This document shows, piece after piece, positions 25,998-36,900 of a DNA stretch of 64,000 bases. The notes beneath the pieces are model-generated. The model was not told the DNA's origin. It saw nothing but the letters and a program-made list of their open reading frames with translations, and ran no database searches. The stretch is from Callorhinchus milii (Eukaryota). How positions within the stretch are numbered: the stretch's first letter is position 1; each line of letters begins with the position of its first letter. The translations under genes were made by a program, and so were the position numbers. The stretch lies in assembly GCF_018977255.1 (NCBI RefSeq), contig NW_024704743.1, forward strand, positions 15,006,001 through 15,070,000. The letters are read 5' to 3'.

Positions 25998-26397
25998 CTA
26001 CTTGATTATATTATTGCTTGATTCATTAAATGGTAAATTTATTGTATTATTACTATTTCTTATCCAGTTTCCAAGAGTCAGACTTTTTGTAAAAGATGAA
26101 TTTTAATGTTTAAATTGGATAATTTCTTTGAAGTTTAAATTAAATTTATATTCTCATTCTCATGATAAACGCACTGGTAAAGATAGGCTCAGATCATTCA
26201 TGCATCAGACTAGCCAATATCTGATAGAAATAAAACATCTCTAACACTCTGGGGAGGAGATGCTTAGCTCTCTTTTGAGCCAGGATTGGTTGGGAGAGGC
26301 AGGTATCGCTATATTGCAAATCTTTAGCCAGTTTCCATTCATCAGGCACCAGAGTAGTTCTATCGAGGCGTTGCGGCATTTGAGAAAGATTGATAAT

Positions 26398-27080
26398 AGA
26401 ATCATAGAATCGTACAGCACAAAAAGAGGCCATTCGGCCCATCGAATTTGTGCCGGCTCTTTGAAAAGAGCAATGTAATGTCAGTCCCACTCCCCAGCCC
26501 TTTCCCCATAACCCTGCAAACCCGTCCTCCTCAAATACCCATCCTCCGCGTTTTTAAAAGTAGTTATCGAATTGGCCTCGACCACCCTTTCAGGCAATGC
26601 GTTCCAGATTCGAACAACTCGCTGCGTGAAAACATTTCTTCTCACCTCCCCTTTGCTTTTTTTAGAAACTATTTTAAATCTGTGACCTCGAGTCACCGAC
26701 ACACCCACCAGTGTAACAGTTTTTCCCTTTCTAACCTATCAAATACCCTCATGATTTTGAAGACTTCTATTAGGTCTCCTCGTAACCTTCTCTGCTCCAA
26801 TGAGAATAATCCCAGCCTCTCGTGCCTTTCCTCATAATCAAGGTCCCTCATTCCTTGTAAATCTTCTCTGCACCCTTTCCAGTGCCTTAATATCCTTCCT
26901 ATAGTGTGGTGACCAGAACTGGGCGCAGTATTCTAACTGAGGCCTAACCAGTGTTTTATATGGGTTAATCATAACCTCCTGACTCTTGTACTCTATGCCC
27001 CTATTTATTAAGCCTAGTATCCCATATGCCCTTTTTACAGCTTTATCTACCTGTCCTGCCACCTTCAAGGATTCATTTAC
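26398..27080 (-). mobile_element. CR1 LINE 3' fragment (RT C-terminus and 3' UTR)
   Basis: YKTLVRPQLEYCAQFWSPHYRKDIKALERVQRRFTR; TRGHRFKI...FTQRVVRIWNALP; (ATTCTATG)n-type end. Confidence 0.92.
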
Positions 27081-27409
27081 CGGAATCACTGTTCTTTCAT
27101 CCTCCCTTAAAATTTCAGCGCCTTGGGACGTCCTCCTGACGTGAAAGGCGTTTTATAAATGAAATCTTGTTGTTGTTCTTGTATTATCAACCTCCCCTCA
27201 TTCTTTCTACCAAAATGCATTACCTCTCATTTCTTCACATTAAAAAGTTGACTCTGGTGCAGTGATTCCACTGTATTTACAGATGCTGCTTGCTTCACTG
27301 GCTATAGCTTTTTCACTATCAGGCATCAATATGTCATTTTGGATAATTTGCACTTCCCCCCCACCCATATTTACTTTCACACCCTCCCATAGTAATATTG
27401 TGCCTTAGT

Positions 27410-27440
27410 TGCAATTGCACCTTTTGCCACCAGATGGCAG
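27410..27440 (+). promoter_or_regulatory. Candidate CTCF binding site (core plus upstream U-like motif)
   Basis: CCACCAGATGGCAG at 27427-27440 matches CCASYAGRKGGCRS exactly; TGCAATTGC at 27410-27418 upstream. Confidence 0.6.
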
Positions 27441-28306
27441 AATTAACGGGTTCTCATGGTTTGCAATGGGTATGCACAGATTTTATTGGTGATGACCATT
27501 TCCTCCAAAAAAAAAAGTTGTTGGCTTAAACTAAATAAAAGCTTAGAATAAATCCATATTCTGCTCATCAGTAGTCATTGCAGTGTTCTTGGAGGCAACA
27601 ATTGAGAAGGTTGTTGGGTCGTCCTCCAGCACACCCAGGGACCAGTGTAGTTAAATATTTTACGGTCACTAAATTGAATGCAATTTAGTATATTGTACCA
27701 TCACTTAAAGTTGTTACTCAGCACTGTACTTTATGCAAATTAAATAGAGCAAAACAGTGTGAAAGTCATGTGTGAGAGCGCAGAGATGAGAGAAACTACA
27801 CTTAGTGATTAAACAACTTGATTATTTGATCTTGCTTTTCACATCAAAAATTTTAAAGCAAGTTTCATTGAAGTACAGCAAATGAACAAATATTACAGCT
27901 AAAATGTGTCAGCGATGTCCCACAAAGAAAATTATTTCAGTGATGAAAAATGACTAATTATCTCAGAAGTTTTTTTGTGGGGTGAAGAAAGAGGGTGTAT
28001 GTTTGGATGATAGGAATATTGAATGAAACACCAGTGGCGCAAAAATGCCTCCAAGCATTAACCTGAAAGACCATTTTGTCAATTTAAGATTGTAGAAACT
28101 TCTTAAATGCAATCTTGTATTGTTTGGTTTTCCAGTTCTCAAAAAGAACCAACTGAATTCAAGAATTTTATACAAATATATGCAGTCATAAATTTTAAGA
28201 TAAATGGACTTGCAGGCTAAGAAGACTGCTTTGAAGTTTGGGCCTCAGATTCTTCACAATGAATAACAATAATCTCTGCATTTGATATATCACCTTATCA
28301 TGTTAT

Positions 28307-28634
28307 GTGGAGTCCTGTAGCTCAGTGGTTAGAGCACTCGCTTTGCAAGTGAGAAACCCGAGTTCAATTCCAGGCAGAGGGCGAAACCTTGGGCAAGTTT
28401 CCTTACTCCACACAGAGCCTAATAATAATCCCTCCAAAAAAAAACAATAATAAATTGGTCATTTTCAATCTACGACTGTTTGTGGGACATTGCTGTGCGC
28501 AATTGGCTGCCGCGTTCGCCCACAAATATAGTCAATTCACTTTACAGTGTGTTCTGTGAAGCGCTTTGGGACGTCCTCCCGACGTGAAAAGCGCTGTATC
28601 AAATGCAAGGATTATTATTATTATGATTATATTA
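28307..28634 (+). mobile_element. Full-length tRNA-Ala-derived SINE (short-body subfamily) with L2-type tail
   Basis: A box TAGCTCAGTGG, anticodon arm CTCGC-TTTGCAA-GTGAG, B box GAGTTCAATTCC, 3' hairpin, (TTA)n tail. Confidence 0.88.
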
Positions 28635-29111
28635 TGGTTATCATGTTATCTGTCCCCAACCTCTGGAATTCCATCCCCCAATCACTCTGCCTCGCCCCCT
28701 CCTTAGTCTCCCTTCAAGTCTCGCCTCAAAACCCTCCTCTTCGACCATACCATTGGTCACCCCCCTTCCCCTCCCCTCTCCCCGACCCCAGCTCGGGTCT
28801 GAAATGCTGTACTGTCCAGCGCCTTGGGAAACAATCTTGTTGTTGATTATTATAAAGCCACATTCATCTGAACAATATGCAAACATGGCCTTGTCTTTAA
28901 CATCTCATCTGAATCTCTGACAATAGAATACATCCTCAGTACTGCATTGGAGCGTCAGCACCAAGTGACTAAAATGTAATTGTTGGTAAATTGTAACTGT
29001 AGTGTCTTATAAAACCAAAGGATTAATTTGGCTATTTGTGTAAATGTACTAGTGTAATGACTGTTTTGAGGTACATCTGGGTGAAAAGGATAGTTTTATG
29101 TTGGTTAATAG

Positions 29112-29477
29112 AATAATAATCCTTGCATTTGATATAGCACCTTAACACATCTTTGAGATGTCTCAAAGCGCTTCACAGAATAGACTGTCAATTGAATTGA
29201 CTGCATACTTTGTGGACAGAACACGACAGCCAATCTACACAGCAGTGTCCCACAAACGTGGATTGAGTGACCAATTTATTATTTTTTTGGAAGGAATTAT
29301 CATCCCCGGAAAAGTGATCTGCCAATCGATTAACAATTGGGTTCCTACTTACCGCTTGGTGAACAGAGGCGTGTGGAGTAAGAAAACTTGCCCAACCTTT
29401 CGCTCTGCCCACGAATCAAACCCAAGGTCGTTCCGCTTGTGAGGCAAGTGCTCTGACCACTGAGCTACAGAACTCCA
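29112..29477 (-). mobile_element. tRNA-derived SINE (long-body, older subfamily)
   Basis: Head tagctcagtgg; extra ~50-bp central segment; tail. Confidence 0.82.
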
Positions 29478-30265
29478 AATTAGTGCAACCGTTATATTGG
29501 GGTCTCATTTAGTTTAAATTTAGTCATTTGTAACACACCAATCACAAGGTGCCCAGCTGGGTACCTGCAACCATGATACAATTATGAATCGCTATATATA
29601 AAGTGCATATTAGACACCAATTAGACAGATTGGATATGATCAGTTTATATTGCTGGTGTGGTTTGATATGCCCAATAGTCCTCTCATCTGTACCTAGTTT
29701 AATATTGGATTTTTTGTCTAAAATTCCTCTTCTGATGATCTTGAACGTCTGATAGAAATTCCCATCAGCAAAATCACTAAAATTCATGGCAGATATTTTC
29801 CCCCTTTTAATTGTATGTATGATCACTTCTTACACTATTGAAGAATACTTCATCAGAACAGCAGATAAGTCACGCCCAAATCCATCTTCACCTACTTATA
29901 CACAGTCATCACCCATTAGTGAAATAATGTGAAATGCTTTAAGAGATGCATCAAATGCAAGATTCTCATCTTTTTCAGATTGTCCTTTTTCTTCAGTATT
30001 CTTTTTCCAACTCAGATCTCTACTGTTCCCAATTCTTAAAATTTTAACTCGGCTGCTGTGACCTTCAGTGATAAAATCTTTCAATTTTGCCTTAAGTGAC
30101 TTTGAAGTCTCAGATTATTTAACCTTTTTGATTCTACAATAGCTGAAGATGAATAATTTATACTTTCCAAAATGTTAAACAGCTTTACAGTTTGTGCACT
30201 AACAGTTGTATAATACCATTTACCCATTCAAAAAATAAAAATGCAGCAACTTTCAGACTTGATAG

Positions 30266-30271
30266 TTTAAT
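30266..30271 (-). terminator. Candidate proximal poly(A) signal ATTAAA of PDCD6IP
   Basis: tttaat on plus strand about 490 nt past the stop, followed in transcript sense by a U-rich tract (plus 30229-30241); no transcript evidence. Confidence 0.4.
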
Positions 30272-30755
30272 GTAATTAAAGCTTAAATTACCATAGATTT
30301 ACAAGGCCCTGATTAGACAAAATAGAATTAGTGTGATAACAAACAAGATACAATATCATCAGCAAATATTTAAAGTAGTAGCTCAAAGAATAGTCAAGTT
30401 ATTGGCTCAAAGATAGCTCAGGCCATTAATCACACAACCAAATGTTAGGCTTGCGTGCCATATCATGTCCATTCCTTAAAGCTGATTAGAAAATGTTTCT
30501 ACTTAACAAAAATTATATAGTAAGCAAATATATTTTTTAAACTGTCGAGATGACACCACTTGGAATTTACCTAATGTTTGTTGCTTGGCAAAAAACTACC
30601 CAGAGTTAAGTGCAATCTTCAGTCTTACAAAGGTCTTACTAAATTCAGCATGAACCCCAGAAATTAATAATGTAAGAGTACACATTTGAAGTATTGCGAG
30701 GTAATTAAAATGCGACCATTATAAGAGAGCATATTGTTCAGTCAGTCGGCATTTC

Positions 30756-30936
30756 TCATTGCTGGTAATAAGGCTGCTGAGGCTGAGGGTATCCTGGCAG
30801 CTGAGGATGAGGGTATCCTGGCTGCTGAGGTGGCTGTGGTCCTTGGTAAGGTTGTTGTCCAGGCGGCTGGAACATGACTGGCATACCGTACTGACTATAA
30901 GCGTATGGATTGTACGCCATCGGCATTTGGTAAAAC
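30756..30936 (-). CDS. PDCD6IP: PDCD6IP exon 18, coding part ([19 protein letters not shown]...PQQPYYQQ*)
   Basis: ttcag acceptor; 181 nt ending in TGA (tca on plus strand at 30756-30758). Confidence 0.94.
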
Positions 30937-33900
30937 CTGAAAAAGTAAATTTATTTTTAATAAAAAACATGTTCAATTCTAGGTTAAGCAAAGGTGGGGG
31001 GGGGGGTGGGGGGGGAAGGGGGCGGAAAGAGTTGACAAAGGGTAAGACAAATGTAGCTCTCTGTTCATTCCCAAAATATGGACTCATTGGAGACAGAAAG
31101 CAAGATTTCCTCAAGTCCCACAATGTTTTAGCCACAGTTGCACACATTGCATTTCAGTTGTTTTCTGAAGCAGATGTGCTAAGAATAACCTTGTAATCTG
31201 TCAAAGTCTGAACATAATTGTCTAATGCAAAACATTAACAAAAATACCCAATCATCGATACAGATTGAAGATGTGTTAATATTGTGACTACTCAGGAAGC
31301 TCGAGTTCTTGTAAAGGGACATTTGCACTCCTTCAGACTGTACATAGTATGCTGCGTTTTTGAATACTAATCAATCAATTGCAACTTGCAAACCAAACAC
31401 AATCAGACAATAACGAGCAACAACTTGCACTTATATAGTGCCACATATTGGGAGGATGTCCCAAGGCACTGACCAGTAAAGATCTTGCACCTGAGCTGGG
31501 GCTTGGTGTCAAGAGGGGTGGAGGGCAAAAGGGTGGAGGTGGGAGGATGACTGAAGGCCTGGTCAGAGGAAGGTCATGAGAAGGACCTTGAAGGAGGCAA
31601 GGGAGGGCAGGGGTGAGGCGGAGGGTCAAAGAACTGATCTTGATGGGCCATCTTTGTGCTGGCTGAGTCATGTCACAGTAGCAAAGCAACATTGTCCTGA
31701 AGGTAAACGAAAGTCAGTTCTCACGAAAGGTTATCGACCTGAAACGATAACTAACTTTCTTCTCTCCATAGATGCTGCCTGACCTGCGGAGTGTTCCCTG
31801 TGACTTATGTTTTTATTTATTATTATTATTGTTCTGAAGTTGGCTACTACTGAACATCACATTAAGCTGTTTATTAGGCACTGTGGTTCTCCCCTGCCCC
31901 AACACCTTAATACAAGCTTTTGGTTTGTTTGTTCAAGCTTATTAATTCGGTACTTTCAGCTAGAACAATTCACCATGGAACAACTTGCTGGCACTGTAGC
32001 ATAATTTTGTCTCTGTAGGCACAATCAGATGAACTGACCACAAAATAATGACACGGATATCCATACTCTCTTTGGGAATCTTGTTACTATGTATCAGAAT
32101 TAGGAAATCATGCATCTTTTTGGGCTGTACCTTTTAGGATAAAATGTTTTTAATGTATGACAGAACTGCATTCCCTAGAGTAGAAGAAATGCTTACATCA
32201 CAAACTATTGGGTTAGGATGAAAATTAAAATCAACCGTGTGCTAGCAATTATTCACAACAATGTGTCAAGAGTAAAATAGTTCTTTCCTTTATGGAGAGA
32301 AGAGGAGAGGGAAGGAGTCTTCTTGTGCAATGTAGTTAAGGAGCAATATTGTACGACATTAAGGTGCAGAAACCCTTGCTGTCTTTTTAGGTGAGGGTGG
32401 ACTATGGTTTGGCAGGAAAAACTACCTTAAAAAGATGAACAGCAATTCTCCCCCCACCCAAATACACACAGGGTACAGTATGGTAGTGAGTAGGACAGTA
32501 GGGAATTACGAAGAACAGCGCAGAGTTGAATGGGCTGAACGGTTTCTTTCTCTACTGTTGCATTGCAAGAAAAAAAACTTTCTTCACTTAAAAAGATCAG
32601 ATTCTGAATTCATTTTCCCTTCCTACATCCCCTGCCTCAATTTGAATAACAAAATGTTGTCCTATTAACAATGCAGTCTCAGTGAAATAACTTACCCAGG
32701 ATAGCCTTGATATGTGGGGTATGGAGGTCCTTGAGCCTGTGTTGGCATAACAGAGGGCCCAACAGCTGGAGGTGCAGTACTGGGTCCTGGGGCAGAAGCA
32801 GAATAAGGTGCAGCTACAGTTGAAGGGACAACAGGAGGGGGTGGGCGAGCAGGAGGTGTAGGTTTGGGTTGCTGGAAAAAAATAAAACATTTTAATGTGT
32901 GAAAATAGGTTCAATACAAAGCTATTAGAATGACCCATCGGACTCTGATCAAAATGCAATTTTCTAACAAACTGGTGTGACAATGCCACAATTGTGAAGT
33001 TCATTCAGTGGACAAGCTATTACTGCAAGTCATAATCTTCCGCTCACCCAACACCATTTGAACATTGGCCCTCACCCACCTGATAGGCAATTGCATTTCT
33101 GACAAGATATGATTTATAAACACAACCATTAATATATCAGAGGCCTGAGAAACTGATAAAATTCACTATTTTAGCTCAGTATTATTGTTGGAAAACATTA
33201 ATTCATTTGGTAATGCTGCACTACATTAAATAGGAATTTTGAATAACCTCAACATCCGTATGACCATGAACTAACAAACATATGCATTAGATCACAAGAG
33301 GTTCAGACCATCAATAAAGCTTTCCTGAATATCAAATCTACTGCTTCTCAATACAGTTACGTAAACAAATCCTGGCCTTTTTCCTACCCAAAGGGTAAAG
33401 AACGACTGGAACACGTTGCCAGGAATGGTAGCTGAGTCCAGGACACTGGGCTCGCTTGTAAAACAGCTCAGTGATGTGATGGGCTTTCTTCACCGAAACC
33501 AATCTTGTGATTTGGGGGTAAAGTTTGAGGATAAGCAAGGTTGCATGGCATATCCAAATACTTTTACTAGAATGTTCGCTACATAAATAGTAGCACTGTA
33601 TAGAACTCATTATTTTTTACACAATTAACTCAAGAGTTGCAAAATGTATTTGCATTCAATTTATGGAAACAATTTTAAGAAAATCCATTAATTTAATGAA
33701 AATTAACGTTTACCAATAAGTGCTTTTCCCACACTGAGTAAAATCCAGCAGAATGAGCCTGGATAAAGGTGACTCACTGTGATGTTTGACTGAATGCAGT
33801 TGTTGGTGAACATTCCACAACACAGTGTAAGAGATAATCCAAGATTGAAATACTTCTGTTGCCAGATTGCTTATATCACAAGTATCACTTGTCTTTAATT

Positions 33901-36900
33901 ATGTCATATCATCCAGTTAATCAAAACATTAATGTAACCTGGAAAACTAAACAAGTAAAAACAAAAAGCTAGTTATGGAATTTAAACTGTTAAGATCAGA
34001 GGTCATTCATGAAAATTTGTGTTGGGACTAGTTGAGTTAATAGTACACTCAGGATTCAGAGTCCGAAGGTTGTAGGTTCAAGCACCAAGTTGGGACTTTG
34101 AAGACATAGTCATAGGCTGACCCTTCAGTACACTCCTGGGGGAGAGCTACAGAGTTGCCTTCGGATGAGATGTTAAACCGAAGCCCTGACTGCTCGTTCA
34201 GATGGGTGTTGAAGATCCCAAGGCACTATTTGAAAAGAGAAAGGGGTTTCTCATAGTGTCCTGGTCAACAATCCCCCAGAAAAAGTTGGTCATTCACTTC
34301 ATGGCTGTTTGTGGGACACTGCTGTATGCACATTGACATCTGTGTTCACCTAGAATTACTAAACTTTTTCAGTAAATTCTGTGAAACTTGTTGACGTTTT
34401 GAAACTCATGTCAAATGCAAGGGCTATGATTTATAATATTTAAAATTAAATTTGTAATAATCATTGCATTTTTTAATACCGTCCTCTATCACATTAAATG
34501 TTTTCTTCAAAATGCATTTTTCTGTAAAGTGCAGGGAAAGTTGGTGTAGGTGAACAAAATAGCCATAAAGTTGATGACCAATTTTTTTCGTCTGTTCTAA
34601 TCGACTTACAAATACCGTTCTGGGTGCTGGAGTGGGCACAGGTGTTGTAGTTCCTCCAGTCATGGTATTGCTAGTTTGGTATGCAGGCACTGCTGGGATA
34701 TTCGGAGCACTAGGTTGCTTCGCTATGCTCAGCTGCAAATCCCTATAAAACAAGAAACATCAGAAACAATCTGAATAAAATACAAGATACTATTTGTTTT
34801 AATAACATAGTAAGTGATGTCAAGAGAAATGTATAATTGAATTTCAAGCATTATAAATTGCATTATAAATCCAAGTCATCATCAGTGGTAAAACTGGGCA
34901 GTATCAATACAATACTAATCCACATTTATATACAATAACAACTTGCATTCATATAGCTCCTTTCAGGCCGAAAGGATTTCCCAAAATACTTGAAACATGA
35001 TCAGAGCACATTGCATTTGAAGAATTAGATCATTCCTAGACAAAGTAACCTGTCTTTCATTGCTATATCCCACATGCTATTAGAATGAGGTAATAATGCC
35101 ACGTACAAGTGGGATCCACTGTACAGAATGGAAGAATTAAAGAGCAGGTAAGCAATGTACAAGATTGCAGCTTGGAATTTTTAATTCATAAGCCACCAGA
35201 TCCATATTCAATATAAACAAATGAAAATCCCATAGACCAAAAATATGGCTGAGTCACTATTGTTGACCACTAAAAATATGTTCAGCTCACTGAAACTATG
35301 GTGTGACAAATAAGACTTTTCACTTAGGAAATGTTGCACAGGAGGCCTGGGACATTTACGCCAAATTGAACTCCACCGAAGTTTGAACTCTTCTGGAATT
35401 ACTGCAAGCAGTTTATTCCAAATTGGATGTTTAGTGCCAATGAATAACGCCAGCAATACTCATTACAGTTGGAAAACATTATTTAATGGTAGTAAAACAT
35501 GAGGACGAGATAATAATAGGCATTCTTCAATACATGGAGTAAAAATAAACAACAATGGAAATATGGTGCAGCCCTGTTCCAACTTGCTTCTCTATAGCAC
35601 AAAGTGATAACGCAGTTGCAGTGTAAACTACATGCATTTGCAGAAAGTGATGTCGGTGGATATGACGATCGGGAAGTTTTCCATTTTAGCATCCAGTGCT
35701 GAAATAATAATGACTTCCAAGTCATCAGGTCTCACCCGATCATTTACTGATTTGTGTATAGACAACCTAGAGTAAATGATGTCGGCAGTGACCCGATGAC
35801 CTGGAAGTTGACTTTTTTTTAAAAAAAAAGAGCAGGAACCAGCTATCATCCAAGGAGCGACTGAGTACACAGTGAAACTGACTACTTTGTTGGGATTTTA
35901 AGGATCCCAACAACAGCAACAACAAGGCTCCAGTACAGTTTTGACAGTAATTTAACCTGTAATATCATAATACTAAAATAATATACTTACTTTAGCAGTT
36001 CATCCCTTTCAGTTTTACGAGCAAACACAATGTCTGTACATTTGTTTTGTAATTTCAGAAGGATTTCTGTCAGCTCATTGTAGAACTATCAAAAAGAAAC
36101 AGTATTAGGCGGATGATAATCAACCACACAACTTTTATCCAGATTTAACATTTTCTTAGTTACCTACAATTGCTCCTCATATCCTGATGTTGCTTTTAAA
36201 TAATCTTTTCAGATAGTTTAAAATGCCTCTCCTGTGGCTTTTATGTCTTGAGATGGTGATTGCTCTGCTTTGCAAGGATTTTTTAAAATTCCTACAAACT
36301 ATAACTTATCTTTAAACTTCCAATTTTTAACTTTTTAAAAAATAATTTTTAGCCAGTATCTGGCAAAAAATAAAAGCTCCATTCAAAATATTCCTGATTC
36401 ACGTGACTGTATATGTCGTTAATCAAAAAAGTGTATTTCTAAAAATGTTAAAAAGTAAAGGGAACACAAGTGTAAGATAGTGACTAGGGGATCCAAAAGT
36501 GAATTTAGGAGGAACTATTTCACACCGAGGATAGTGAGATTGTGGAACTGAGGCAGTGCTTGAATCAGATGTATTCAAGGAGCTGGACCTTCACCTGAGG
36601 GAAAGGGGAATAGAAGGGCACGGGAGGGAGTAAGGAATAGGCAGAAACTTGTGTAGAGTATAACTACAGTCACAGACTGGTATATTTTCGTGCTGTACAT
36701 TCTTTGTAAATAAACGTTGAAGGCAAGCAACAAAGGAAAAAATATGTCCATTTCAAGATGTTGCATTTGCCAAAGAATCTAACACAAAAAAGAAATATGA
36801 AACTTCTACATATAGAGTGATAAAGATTGAGTTTTACTTAAGGTTTGATTAAAAAAACTACCACATCAAAACATCTGAATTGAAAATGATGGAAGTATCA

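Noticed and set aside
28307..28380. tRNA-Ala-like sequences (also 40795-40866, 52916-52990, 63030-63101)
   Set aside because: A and B boxes and anticodon arm are present, but there is no acceptor stem and each continues into a SINE body; these are SINE heads, not tRNA genes
1..30200. A second protein-coding gene in the left half
   Set aside because: No ORF or exon chain with recognisable non-transposon homology; small exons or lncRNAs cannot be excluded by eye
30759..31196. Plus-strand 145-aa ORF with LRVSWQL repeats and poly-Gly
   Set aside because: Antisense shadow of PDCD6IP exon 18 plus the intronic G tract
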